52,866 nucleotides of DNA from Candidatus Nanopelagicales bacterium (GCA_041687715.1 JBDNJO010000034.1:1-52866), one strand, 5' to 3'; shown: positions 10,352 through 21,197, numbered from the stretch's first letter. Made by a program: numbers and translations. Notes: a model not told the origin generated them from the letters alone.

Positions 10352-10412
10352 CAATTTCCGTTGCTGTAGGTTCGCACCAAACTTGCCCACCATGCAATTA
10401 CGAGAACGTTAG

Positions 10413-11207
10413 TTAGTTAGCCACATCTCTACGCTTGAACAGAATCGCAGCTACTAATGCCGAGATGCCAACATAAATTGCAAGCAATGTTGCGGACCGG
10501 TCGTAACTAATCGAATCCGTACCTCCGCGAGTTAACGAATCGATTAATTGCCCTGGTAACCACTTTGCGCTCGCGCTAAGTACACCAGACAAAATGTTGT
10601 CCAAGATTAGGAACCAGATCACACCTAGCGCAATGGAGCTAATTGGTGAACGTAAAAGAATTCCTAGAATCATGCCAATGGTTCCATAGATGATTACTGC
10701 AATTGAGACATTGACGAGAGTCTCAGTTATTGCCTGCGTGCCTTCCGCCGATGACCATGCAGTGGTATTGACTCCAGCCCAATCTGCAAGGCCATAGGAA
10801 ACCCCGATGCTAGTAATTGCTGAAGCTGCAACTATTAGTAAGCCAAAGATTGACATGGAAATGTACTTACCGGCAAGAATTTTCATTCGACTTGGCTGGC
10901 GTACTAGCAGGTTGCGTAATGTGCCGTAGGTATATTCTTGAGCCATCTGCGCAGCAAAAATACAAAGCGCAATAATTCCCAGCAGCACGGGAACTTGCTG
11001 AAAGCTAACTACTACACCGTTGGCCAGAGAAATTGATTCAACGGTTGGCGCTACCGCACCTGGTCGGCCACCGCCTTGTGGACTTTTCACTTCGCTAAAG
11101 ATTAGGTAAGTGAATAGAACGGAGAAAAATAACGTAGCTAGAAGTGTGCCTAACGTTAATGTTGGACGGCGCAATTTTCTAAACTCAGCTCGAATGACAT
11201 TAATCAT
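10413..11207 (-). CDS. ABC-2 type exporter permease
   Basis: IRAEFRKL N-terminus, EYTYGTLRNLLVRQPSR..ILAGK, C-terminal FKRRDV. Confidence 0.88.
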   Translation of the reverse strand: MINVIRAEFRKLRRPTLTLGTLLATLFFSVLFTYLIFSEVKSPQGGGRPGAVAPTVESISLANGVVVSFQQVPVLLGIIALCIFAAQMAQEYTYGTLRNLLVRQPSRMKILAGKYISMSIFGLLIVAASAITSIGVSYGLADWAGVNTTAWSSAEGTQAITETLVNVSIAVIIYGTIGMILGILLRSPISSIALGVIWFLILDNILSGVLSASAKWLPGQLIDSLTRGGTDSISYDRSATLLAIYVGISALVAAILFKRRDVAN

Positions 11208-12109
11208 GCTTGCTCTCCTGTCATGTCAAAGAATGTTTCTTCAAGAGATGGCAGCTGAGCAATCAATGTTGAGAGTGTTATGCCTTCCGCAAATACTGCG
11301 CGATTTAAGTCTGCCGTGAAATCATTCTCACCAACAATGCGTACTTCGCTAGCAACTATTTGTGCTTGGTGTCCCATTCGATTAGCGATCTCTGAAACTT
11401 TTCCAAGGTCACTCACATTTTCTGGCACTGCAATAACTATTGGCTGCTGGGCTGCCAATAGTTCAGCTAGGCGCCCAGTGAATAGGACTTTACCCTTTCG
11501 AAGCATGACAAGATGCTCACTTATCATTTCCAGTTCACTTAGTAGGTGCGAGGACACAAATACCGTGGTTCCCTCCTGAGCAAGTGATTGCATTAACTCT
11601 CTGATTTCCTGAATGCCCTCTGGATCAAGCCCATTTGTTGGCTCATCAAGAATCAATAGCTCTGGGTTAGGTAATAAAGCCGCGGCAATACCCAGCCGCT
11701 GTTTCATGCCAAGTGAATAGGTTTTGAACTTTGATCCTGCGCGATCCGCTAGACCCACCAACTCAAGTAGCTCATCAACGCGCTTCTTGGGAAAATGTCC
11801 CAAAGTAGCTAGCACGTTTAAGTTTTCCTTTGCCGAAAGGGCAGGATAAAACGCTGGGCCCTCAATCATTGCGCCAACGCGTGGCAAATACTTTTCTGGT
11901 TCGTTAATGCTCTCGCCCAGTACCGTTCCAGTTCCACCCGTTGCGGAAATTAAACCCAAGAGCATCCGGATTGTCGTAGTTTTACCCGCGCCATTTGGCC
12001 CAACGAAACCACACACAGTCCCTTTTGGGACTTCGAATGTGGCATGTGAAACCGCTGCCGCTTCACCGTAAATCTTGCTAAGGTCGCTCACACTAATTGC
12101 AATACTCAC
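11204..12109 (-). CDS. ABC exporter ATP-binding protein (BcrA-like)
   Basis: Walker A GPNGAGKTT, YSLGMKQR, LILDEPTNGLD, VSSH; ATGA overlap with the permease. Confidence 0.92.
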   Translation of the reverse strand: MSIAISVSDLSKIYGEAAAVSHATFEVPKGTVCGFVGPNGAGKTTTIRMLLGLISATGGTGTVLGESINEPEKYLPRVGAMIEGPAFYPALSAKENLNVLATLGHFPKKRVDELLELVGLADRAGSKFKTYSLGMKQRLGIAAALLPNPELLILDEPTNGLDPEGIQEIRELMQSLAQEGTTVFVSSHLLSELEMISEHLVMLRKGKVLFTGRLAELLAAQQPIVIAVPENVSDLGKVSEIANRMGHQAQIVASEVRIVGENDFTADLNRAVFAEGITLSTLIAQLPSLEETFFDMTGEQA

Positions 12110-12267
12110 AAAGTTCCTTGCTTATTAGAGGAAGTAAATTGTCACTGGTTTCATTCTAACTTTACAAAATTTCTAAGACATCCAACTAGGTAGGATTGAC
12201 TTTAAAGTAGCACTTCAATCACACTGTGAATTAAATGAGTCTGGCAAAATTAAGATAGTGTTATTCA

Positions 12268-13350
12268 ATGATTGCAACAAAAATCTGGAGACTTGGTCTG
12301 GTTGTTGGGCCTATTGCCGCAATTTTTACTGTCATATTCTTTTGGACGAACTCCCCCAATAACCTGCAAGCATTTTTTATCACGCTAATCCTTATCGGTG
12401 CCGTAATTACTGCTGTTCATTATGCAGAAGTTATATCGGCTTATGTTGGGCGAACATTTGGCGCCATTATTTTGGCATTGTCTGTAACAGTTATTGAAGT
12501 TGGGCTAATTGTTGCGATCATGACCTCCTCCGATATTGGCGCAGCCTCACTAGGCCGCGAAACAGTGTTCGCTGTGATTATGATTACCTGCAATGGAATT
12601 ATTGGGTTTTCAATTGTTGCTTCCTGCTTAAAGATGGCGGCCCCAACTTTTAACTCCGAAGGAAGCGGTGCAACACTTGGTGCAATTGCGACTATTGCAA
12701 CTTTGAGTTTTGTGTTACCAACATTTACCCGCGGAAGTGCCGGGCCAACTCTGACTTCAAATCAACTTGGTTTTGTAGCGCTGGTTTCTCTTGGAGTCTA
12801 CTTTTTGTACCTGTACGTTTTGACAGTTAGAAACCGAGAGCATTTTGAAGATCCAGAAAATTTAGTAGTTGTGCCCTACGCGCATCACCCTTCAAAGAAG
12901 GTGTTTCGAAGCAGTATTTTCATGCTGTTGATTGCGTTGGCATCTGTGATTGGCTTGGCAAAGATCATCTCACCATCGATTCAAGGATTAGTTATAAATG
13001 CAGGGCTTCCGCTCACTTCGGTTGCGGTAGCTGTTGCATTAGTCATCTTGGCTCCTGAAGGATTAGCTGCCATCAGGTCCTCAAGCAGAGGTGACTTGCA
13101 AACTGGCTTCAATCTTGCGTATGGCTCAGCGCTAGCTAGTATCGGTCTAACAATTCCAGCACTTGCAATCGCTTCTGAGATTTTGGATATCGAATTGCAG
13201 CTTGGTTTAAGCGCCACTGAAATTGTTCTCTTCGTACTAACTATGGTGGTCAGCCTTGTGACGGTGTCGTCTCATCGAGTGACTCTGTTCCAAGGTGGAT
13301 TGCACATCGTAATCTTTTCATCGTTTCTGTTTCTTGCAATAAATCCTTAA
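12268..13350 (+). CDS. Ca2+/H+ antiporter, ChaA-like (CaCA)
   Basis: AVHYAEVI, ILALSVTVIEV, APEGLAAI, NLAYGSALASIGLTIP, QGGLH. Confidence 0.85.
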   Translation: MIATKIWRLGLVVGPIAAIFTVIFFWTNSPNNLQAFFITLILIGAVITAVHYAEVISAYVGRTFGAIILALSVTVIEVGLIVAIMTSSDIGAASLGRETVFAVIMITCNGIIGFSIVASCLKMAAPTFNSEGSGATLGAIATIATLSFVLPTFTRGSAGPTLTSNQLGFVALVSLGVYFLYLYVLTVRNREHFEDPENLVVVPYAHHPSKKVFRSSIFMLLIALASVIGLAKIISPSIQGLVINAGLPLTSVAVAVALVILAPEGLAAIRSSSRGDLQTGFNLAYGSALASIGLTIPALAIASEILDIELQLGLSATEIVLFVLTMVVSLVTVSSHRVTLFQGGLHIVIFSSFLFLAINP

Positions 13351-13360
13351 GTCCTAGCCG

Positions 13361-14342
<982 letters not shown>

Positions 14343-14502
14343 TACCTTAAGGTTGGTTTCCCCGCTACTAGCGCAGACTTCTATCTTTTCCTAGATTCCA
14401 GTATCTGCAACTTAGGAGAATAATTCGGCGTTTGCACTGCGAATTAACAAAACGCAACCTGACTGTAACAATTGAAATTGCGCACTTGGCTAACATTGGG
14501 AC

Positions 14503-17445
14503 ATGGATCAACGTTTAGCGTTCGAGGCAGCCAAGAAATTCTTTGGGATCACTGGCGAATTAGTAGAACTAGCTGGGGAACGTAACCCAAACTATTTATT
14601 AACCACCGACACTGAACATTTCGTACTTAAAATTCAAAATGCAGACGAAGTTGCCCAGATTGAAATTCAAGAATTAGCACTTGCTCAGCTGAGTGGGCTT
14701 TCAAGATTTTCGACACCCCGAACCATAACCAGTGCGAACGGTCAGTCACTTGTTTCTATCGGTGATGGGCAATTTGCAAGAATGTTGACGTGGATTCCTG
14801 GCGAACTTTGGTCAGCAAGTGAGACTTCTGAGTCACACAAAGTTGCTTTGGGCCAGCTGATCGCGACAGTCGATAACGAGCTTGCCAAAGTTGATGTTGC
14901 TGAACATGGAAACGTACTTGATCGGCCCTTTGGGTGGAACGCGCTACAGGTGCAGTCTCTTGTCGCCGATGTTGACTTAATTAAGGATCCAGAACTAAAA
15001 GTAAATGTGAAATTGATCTTGGACCGGGTAATTAATACCACGCTTGCCAAGGTCAAAGCGCTACCCAACCAACTAATTCACAACGATGCTAATGACAACA
15101 ACGTTGTGGTTCGGGATGGATCTGTCGTCGGCTTAATCGATTTCGGTGATCTGATTTATGCTCCGCGGATTTGTGGTCTGGCTGTTGGTTGCGCTTATCA
15201 ACTCGATGCGTGCGATCCGGTAGCCAGTATCTACTCAATCGTTCGCGGCTACCACGAAGTTTCGCCATTAACTCCGGCGGAACTGGAAGTATTATTTGAT
15301 TTAGTTTGTCTTCGAGTTGCAACTAGCGTTGTTATGGCGCATCGCCAACTGGCAGCGGATCCTGACAATGAATACTTAGCGGTTTCGCAAGATTTGTTCG
15401 AGAAATTACTTCCTGCATTAACTGCTTCTTCTGATCGCTTAGCGCACTATCGTTTGCGTAACGCGTGTGGCTATGAGGCACATCCAGATAGTCGCCATGT
15501 TCGCCAGTGGCTAACCACAACCAGTGATCAAATTGCTGATGTTGTTATGCCGCCATTTGCCCAAGCTAAGAAGATTTGGCTGGACTGGTCGGGCGAGAAC
15601 AAAAACATTGCTCGTTCTTGGGATGCCATCAAGGCGGAGATGGACGCAGCTGGCGCTGATGTTGCAATTGGTCATTACTGCGAGGATCGCAATGTTTATG
15701 AATCAGATTTCTTCGTTGATGAGGGCAAGGAATCTCGCACTGTTCATTTAGCAGTTGACCTATTTGCGCCAGCTGGAACACCCGTGTATGCAGCATTGGC
15801 TGGAACCGTCTTCCTATTCCACGACAACACAGCTCATCTCGATAACGGCCCAATGATTGTCCTAGAGCATAAAACAGATGCTGGCGTTAAGTTTCACACT
15901 CTCTACGCGCACCTTTCGCGTGAATCCCTCGTTCCGCTTGAAGTTGGGCAGGCAATTAAAGCGGGTCAACAAATTGCCAGTATGGGAACCGAAGAAGTTA
16001 ACGTTGGCTGGCCACCTCACACGCACTTTCAGATCATCTTGGATCTGTGCGACATGGCTCATGACATTTTTGGTGTGGCAGCAATTAGCGAACTCCCAGT
16101 TTGGCGAAGTATCTGCCCTAACCCGAACTTGATTCTGCGCATGCCCGAAGGCGTCGATGTGCATGCCCACCTAAAGACCGAAACCATCGCCGCTGAACGC
16201 GAAGTAGTAATGTCTCGGGCGTTAAGCCTTAATTTCCAGAAACACCTTGAAATCGTTCGAGGTGAAGGTGCTTATCTGTATGACAGAGCTGGCGGAAAAT
16301 ATTTAGATCTAGTTAACAATGTTGCTCATCTTGGACACAGTCATCCCCGAGTTGTTCAAGCCGCACATAAACAAATGTTGACGTTGAACACTAATACTCG
16401 TTACTGGAACCAAAGCGCTATTGAATACGCGCGCGCACTTGGAAACACACTCCCAGATCCATTAAACGTGGTCTTCTTCGTTAATAGCGGTAGTGAAGCA
16501 AATGATTTAGCGCTTCGATTAGCGCAGGCACATACCAAAGCCAAGGGCATGATGGTTTTAGAGCATGCATATCACGGACACATCACCAGCATTATTGAGA
16601 TTAGCCCCTACAAATTCAATGGCCGAGGCGGAGATGGGCGACCAGATCATGTCCGGATCGTTCCCATCCCTGATGCATATAAAGGTATCCATCGTGGCGA
16701 AGGAGCTGGCGCTAAATATGTCACGGAATTCAAGCGTGAACTGGAAACTTTAGCGCAACCACTATCCGCGTTCATTTCCGAATCAATCGTTAGTACTGGC
16801 GGTCAAGTGCCACTGGCACCTGGATTTTTAAAGCAAGCATTTGAATTGACGCGGGCAGCCGGTGGCGTATGTATTGCTGATGAAGTTCAAATTGGCATGG
16901 CTCGAGTTGGCACAAGTTTCTGGGGATTTGAAATGCACGATGTAATTCCTGACATCGTAACTATGGGAAAGCCAATTGGAAGTGGTCATCCCCTAGCTGC
17001 TGTTGTTACTACTCCCGAAATTGCTCATTCATTTATGACGGGCATGGAGTACTTTAATACTTTTGGTGGCAATCCAGTCTCAGCTGTAATCGGCCAAACT
17101 GTGCTTGATGTAATAGTTGATGAATCCTTACAGCGCAATGCACTAGACACTGGTAACTACCTAATGACTGGTGTTCGCGAACTAGGTAAATCATTGGAAT
17201 ACATCGGCGATGTTCGAGGTAGCGGATTGTTTATTGGCGTTGAACTCGTTACTGACCGAAGCACGCAAACTCCAGGTACCAAAATCACAAAAGACTTGAT
17301 TGAATTTGCTCGTGAAAATGGTGTCTTCTTATCAAGTGATGGTCCAGCAGATAACGTGTTAAAAATTAAGCCACCAATGATCATTGGCAAAAACGAAGTC
17401 GATATATTTCTTGATGTCTTAGAGTGCGGCCTTAAATCAATTTAA
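14503..17445 (+). CDS. Three-domain protein: APH/hydroxylysine-kinase-like phosphotransferase + M23-like domain + class III aminotransferase (phospho-lyase-like)
   Basis: Kinase HNDANDNN and IDFGD; M23-like HLAVDLFAPAGTPV, LYAHL, PHTHFQ; PLP domain YLDLVNNVAHLGH, NSGSEAND, ADEVQ, TMGKPIG, YFNTFGGNP. Confidence 0.88.
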   Translation: MDQRLAFEAAKKFFGITGELVELAGERNPNYLLTTDTEHFVLKIQNADEVAQIEIQELALAQLSGLSRFSTPRTITSANGQSLVSIGDGQFARMLTWIPGELWSASETSESHKVALGQLIATVDNELAKVDVAEHGNVLDRPFGWNALQVQSLVADVDLIKDPELKVNVKLILDRVINTTLAKVKALPNQLIHNDANDNNVVVRDGSVVGLIDFGDLIYAPRICGLAVGCAYQLDACDPVASIYSIVRGYHEVSPLTPAELEVLFDLVCLRVATSVVMAHRQLAADPDNEYLAVSQDLFEKLLPALTASSDRLAHYRLRNACGYEAHPDSRHVRQWLTTTSDQIADVVMPPFAQAKKIWLDWSGENKNIARSWDAIKAEMDAAGADVAIGHYCEDRNVYESDFFVDEGKESRTVHLAVDLFAPAGTPVYAALAGTVFLFHDNTAHLDNGPMIVLEHKTDAGVKFHTLYAHLSRESLVPLEVGQAIKAGQQIASMGTEEVNVGWPPHTHFQIILDLCDMAHDIFGVAAISELPVWRSICPNPNLILRMPEGVDVHAHLKTETIAAEREVVMSRALSLNFQKHLEIVRGEGAYLYDRAGGKYLDLVNNVAHLGHSHPRVVQAAHKQMLTLNTNTRYWNQSAIEYARALGNTLPDPLNVVFFVNSGSEANDLALRLAQAHTKAKGMMVLEHAYHGHITSIIEISPYKFNGRGGDGRPDHVRIVPIPDAYKGIHRGEGAGAKYVTEFKRELETLAQPLSAFISESIVSTGGQVPLAPGFLKQAFELTRAAGGVCIADEVQIGMARVGTSFWGFEMHDVIPDIVTMGKPIGSGHPLAAVVTTPEIAHSFMTGMEYFNTFGGNPVSAVIGQTVLDVIVDESLQRNALDTGNYLMTGVRELGKSLEYIGDVRGSGLFIGVELVTDRSTQTPGTKITKDLIEFARENGVFLSSDGPADNVLKIKPPMIIGKNEVDIFLDVLECGLKSI

Positions 17446-17457
17446 TTGTTGTTTATT

Positions 17458-17910
17458 TTATTTTTTTGAGTTAATGGTATACGCCGCCAGCGCCAAAACA
17501 ACAGCGCCAGCGCCAAGTCCGTAATACATAACATCTTGAGCGGACTTTGCATCAACAAGTTCACCGACAAATATCACGGCAATGATTGCAACGATGACGC
17601 CGATAAGTTTTGCTTTAAGATCATCTAAATCATTAATCTCCAGCCAAACTGGAACGTCAATGTTTGTGTCTACAAATAGTTCGTAAAGTCCATAGCCAAT
17701 AACTAACAGCACAGTTCCAAGCAAGATTGCATCAACTGATGCTAAAACGTCTACGATCGTATCTTTTAGCGGAACTTGGTCTACAACCACACCTGAAGCT
17801 GCTCGTAAGATCTCAAATGATCCAAGTATCATCAGGACAATTGCTCCGATTATGGCAGCGAGCGCCGGAAGAATTACGACAAATCGGGATAATTCAATTA
17901 ACCTGCGCAT
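17458..17910 (-). CDS. YqhA (UPF0114) family membrane protein
   Basis: VDAILLGTVLLVIGYGLYELFV, PVWLEINDLDDLKAKL. Confidence 0.85.
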   Translation of the reverse strand: MRRLIELSRFVVILPALAAIIGAIVLMILGSFEILRAASGVVVDQVPLKDTIVDVLASVDAILLGTVLLVIGYGLYELFVDTNIDVPVWLEINDLDDLKAKLIGVIVAIIAVIFVGELVDAKSAQDVMYYGLGAGAVVLALAAYTINSKK

Positions 17911-18099
17911 TGCCCAAGTCTATTCACCCCTACGATCGATGATCTCCTGGCTGGAGAGGACTTATCAAGCCAAATTATTAGCAATCTAAGCCCTTAAAAT
18001 GCGCGAAATCGCCTACCAACTATGGATTTTCGATCGGCGCACGCCCTATCCTCATGGTACGGTTATCCCAGAAAGTCCATTGTTTTCGGGAGGATTCAC

Positions 18100-18351
18100 A
18101 TGTCAGAAGAAACTGCAACGGCTGCCGAGGCAATCAAATCAATTTGGCAAGGAAATCCCGCCACCATGGCTGAGCTCGATGAAGAGTGCAACCCAAATAA
18201 GGTATGTCGCAACATGAAGGACGTAACTTACGAAGGTTTTGGCGAAGAGGGCATGGATGTTGCCAGCGCCTGGAAAGCCAAGTTGGCTCGCGAAGGCAAG
18301 CTTGCCACTGGCGGCTCAATTGGCGACCTAATTCTGGGTCAACAAAACTAA
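18100..18351 (+). CDS. Small hypothetical protein (83 aa), first gene of the coxDE operon
   Basis: GGAGG RBS before ATG 18100; 24 nt upstream of coxD; acidic, contains C-x5-C. Confidence 0.7.
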   Translation: MSEETATAAEAIKSIWQGNPATMAELDEECNPNKVCRNMKDVTYEGFGEEGMDVASAWKAKLAREGKLATGGSIGDLILGQQN

Positions 18352-18375
18352 CAAATCGGAGAACTCGGATTTCCA

Positions 18376-19263
18376 ATGAGTGACGCTCGCCCATTTGCAG
18401 ACTTAACTGTTGAAAAGTTAACCACTGACCTTCGCGAACTTGGCTACATAGCTGACCGTGGTCTTGCTACCTCCATTTTAATTTCACTAAAACTTGGCAA
18501 ACCTCTGTTACTTGAAGGTGAGGTTGGCGTCGGTAAAACTGAACTCGCAAAAACACTTGCAGTTTTGTTCCAGCGCGAGTTGATTCGCTTACAATGCTAC
18601 GAAGGCATTGACACTAATCACGCACTTTACGAATGGGATTATGCCCGCCAGATGCTTCACATTCGCTCGCTGACCAGCGCCGAGCTAACCGGCAATTCTG
18701 ACGAGCAACTGTTTAGTACTAAATTCCTACTCGAGCGCCCATTACTTAAAGCAGTTCGAGCTGGGGCAGGTTGCGTACTACTTATTGATGAAGTGGATCG
18801 CGCTGATGATGAGTTCGAAGCTTTCTTACTTGAGTTGTTGTCCGATTTTCAAGTTACGATTCCTGAAATTGGAACAATTGCTGCAGTAACCCGCCCGATT
18901 GTGATTTTGACTTCCAATCGAACTCGCGAATTGCATGACGCTCTAAAGCGTCGTTGCCTGTATACCTGGATTGGCTTCCCAACTGCTGATCGGGAAATTG
19001 AAATTGTCCGCTCTCGGGTGCCTGGAATTAGCGAGCGCTTAGCGACTCAGGTCGTTGGCGCAGTAAACCAACTTCGCGATATGGAACTTGAAAAAGTACC
19101 GGGCGTTGCCGAAACTATTGACTGGGTTGAGTCCCTAGATGCAATTGGTGCTAATGACCTGACGGAAGCGAGCGCTGCCGACACAATTGGCGCAGTGATT
19201 AAAGATCGCGATGATCTTGATTTCACTCTGAAGAACTTAAATGACATCGTCCCTAGCTCCTGA
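18376..19263 (+). CDS. coxD: MoxR-type AAA+ ATPase, CODH maturation
   Basis: LEGEVGVGKTEL, RLQCYEGID, LYEWDY, LLIDEVDRAD.EFEAFLLE, TSNRTRELHDALKRRC; cox context. Confidence 0.88.
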   Translation: MSDARPFADLTVEKLTTDLRELGYIADRGLATSILISLKLGKPLLLEGEVGVGKTELAKTLAVLFQRELIRLQCYEGIDTNHALYEWDYARQMLHIRSLTSAELTGNSDEQLFSTKFLLERPLLKAVRAGAGCVLLIDEVDRADDEFEAFLLELLSDFQVTIPEIGTIAAVTRPIVILTSNRTRELHDALKRRCLYTWIGFPTADREIEIVRSRVPGISERLATQVVGAVNQLRDMELEKVPGVAETIDWVESLDAIGANDLTEASAADTIGAVIKDRDDLDFTLKNLNDIVPSS

Positions 19264-20389
19264 CCTAACAGGATTTGACGAACTCTTTATTGAGTTTGCC
19301 CATGACTTACGAGAACATGGCATGGTCATCGGTTCAGATGACGTCATAACTTTCCTTGCTGGCATTGCAGTTCTTGATGCAACTGATGTTATGGATGTTT
19401 ATTGGAGTGGGCGAACTACTCTGGTTCGCAAAAAAGACAATGTTCCCCTTTATAACAGGCGCTTTCAATCATTTTTTTTAACATTAGAAGCTGGCGAAAC
19501 AGATGAGCGCAAACTAAAACTGAAATCTTCAGCAAATGCTGGCGCGACTTTAGAAGTGCCAAATGTCGAACAGGGTTTGCCTGGCGATGTGCAAGAAGAT
19601 GAAAGTCGTATGGGTTACATGGCCTCAGCAGCCGATGTTGCTCGCCATAAAGCATTTGCTGACTGCACTCCTGAGGAACTAAATCGGTTTCGAAAATTGA
19701 TTTCAATGCTTCGGGTATCCCCTCCGATGCGACGGACCTTTCGCACGCAATCCAGCCCTAAAGGCAAGATCCTTGATATGCGGCGAATGGCGCGCGAAAC
19801 CATGCGTTCTCTTGGTGAACCAAACGAATTAGTTTTCATTAAGCGCAAAGAAAAACTGCGCCCCATTGTTTTCATCCTCGATGTCTCTGGATCCATGGCT
19901 GATTATTCTCGAAACTTATTACAACTTGCTTACTCAGCTAGGCGCGCAAATACTAAAGTTGAAGTTTTTTGTTTCGGATCTCGGCTCACTCGAATCACAA
20001 AATCAATCGATAAGCGCACACCTGATGAAGCAATGCGACTTGCCGGAGAAGCAGTACTGGACTGGGATGGTGGCACCCGTATCGGCGACTCACTTACAAC
20101 CTTTGTTAAAGAATCTCGCAGAGCGCGGCTGGGTCGCGGCGCGATTATCGTCATCTGTTCCGATGGTTTAGATCAAGGCCAACCTCAAGTTCTGGATAAG
20201 TCCATGCAGACTCTGGCTCGCCTTGCCTATCGGGTAGTTTGGGTAAATCCTCACAAGGGTGACGCCGAAGACTATGTACCAAATACCATTGGAATGATGG
20301 TGGCAGATCCGTACATCGACAAGGTTTACTCCGGGCACAACTACAAGAGCATCGAAGAATTTGCTCGAGAACTATCAAGAATGGGATAA
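19241..20389 (+). CDS. coxE: VWA-domain CODH accessory protein
   Basis: MIDAS DVSGSM, VEVFCFGSRLTRIT, WDGGTRIG, SDGLD, WVNP; overlaps coxD. Confidence 0.88.
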   Translation: MTSSLAPDLTGFDELFIEFAHDLREHGMVIGSDDVITFLAGIAVLDATDVMDVYWSGRTTLVRKKDNVPLYNRRFQSFFLTLEAGETDERKLKLKSSANAGATLEVPNVEQGLPGDVQEDESRMGYMASAADVARHKAFADCTPEELNRFRKLISMLRVSPPMRRTFRTQSSPKGKILDMRRMARETMRSLGEPNELVFIKRKEKLRPIVFILDVSGSMADYSRNLLQLAYSARRANTKVEVFCFGSRLTRITKSIDKRTPDEAMRLAGEAVLDWDGGTRIGDSLTTFVKESRRARLGRGAIIVICSDGLDQGQPQVLDKSMQTLARLAYRVVWVNPHKGDAEDYVPNTIGMMVADPYIDKVYSGHNYKSIEEFARELSRMG

Positions 20390-20395
20390 CAGATT

Positions 20396-20692
20396 ATGAA
20401 ATTTAGCGTTTCTTTAGTCGCTCACGGCGACCGAGATATGACACTGGATGAGATTGTTGAGCTTGCCGATGCAGTTGCACCACTTAATGGCATCGCATCA
20501 GGCATGGGAACAACTTCGTACGGTGCTCAAATTATGGTGGAGGCCGAATCTGCTGTGGACGCAGTAAATGAAGGTCGCAAACTCTTTGAGGCAGCAATTG
20601 CAAAGACTTCCCTACCTAAATGGGAGATCACTGACGCCGACACTATGAGCGAAGAAGAAGACTTCTTCAACATTGATTTAGGAGTCGAATGA
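20396..20692 (+). CDS. Hypothetical protein (98 aa, acidic)
   Basis: Tightly packed after coxE; ATGA overlap with the next gene. Confidence 0.7.
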   Translation: MKFSVSLVAHGDRDMTLDEIVELADAVAPLNGIASGMGTTSYGAQIMVEAESAVDAVNEGRKLFEAAIAKTSLPKWEITDADTMSEEEDFFNIDLGVE

Positions 20693-21129
20693 TTCGTCTC
20701 GGTACGTTAGCGGGCTACCCTTTCGAAGGCCCACGGGTACTTTCGGGATGGACTGCGCCAAAAGTTCCAGCAGTTTATGCCATCCTTAGCCGCAACGATG
20801 CCGAAGGAAAGCCGCAAGATTACTCGGTAATCTTTGTTGGACATTCTGAGGACTTAACAACGGTTGGTTTTCCGTTTAAGCATCGTCGTTCGCCAGCCTG
20901 GATTGCTCGCGCTGGCGATAAATACAACCTGCATGTGGCTTACTACGAAATCCCTGGTGGTTTGCAGTCACATCGTCAACTGGTCTGCGAGGAGTTATTG
21001 GCCATTTACACACCGAGCTGTAACGAAGAAAAGTTTGATAAGACCTGGAAGGACGAATGGATCGGTGAATACTCAACTCCTGTAACTGATCCACTGACAA
21101 CTAATCGGGATCCAAACTCTTCTAACTAA
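20689..21129 (+). CDS. Hypothetical protein, degenerate GIY-YIG-like fold
   Basis: PAVYAI...VIFVGHSEDL and EELLAIYTPSCN resemble the GIY/YIG and E..L...Y.P..N motifs; AGGAG RBS. Confidence 0.6.
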   Translation: MIRLGTLAGYPFEGPRVLSGWTAPKVPAVYAILSRNDAEGKPQDYSVIFVGHSEDLTTVGFPFKHRRSPAWIARAGDKYNLHVAYYEIPGGLQSHRQLVCEELLAIYTPSCNEEKFDKTWKDEWIGEYSTPVTDPLTTNRDPNSSN

Positions 21130-21160
21130 TCAAGGCATTTGTTTCATAGCTATTTGAAGC

Positions 21161-21197
21161 ATAAAAATAGCCCCACTTGCGTGGGGCTCTTTTTTAT
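21161..21197. terminator. Bidirectional intrinsic terminator between the convergent cox operons
   Basis: ATAAAAAT-AGCCCCAC-TTGC-GTGGGGCT-CTTTTTTAT: 8-bp GC-rich stem with A and T tracts on either side. Confidence 0.9.

Noticed and set aside
17999-18394. ORFs 17999..18217, 18134..18394 and the 18022 start
   Set aside because: Overlap the RBS-supported gene starting at 18100; no independent support
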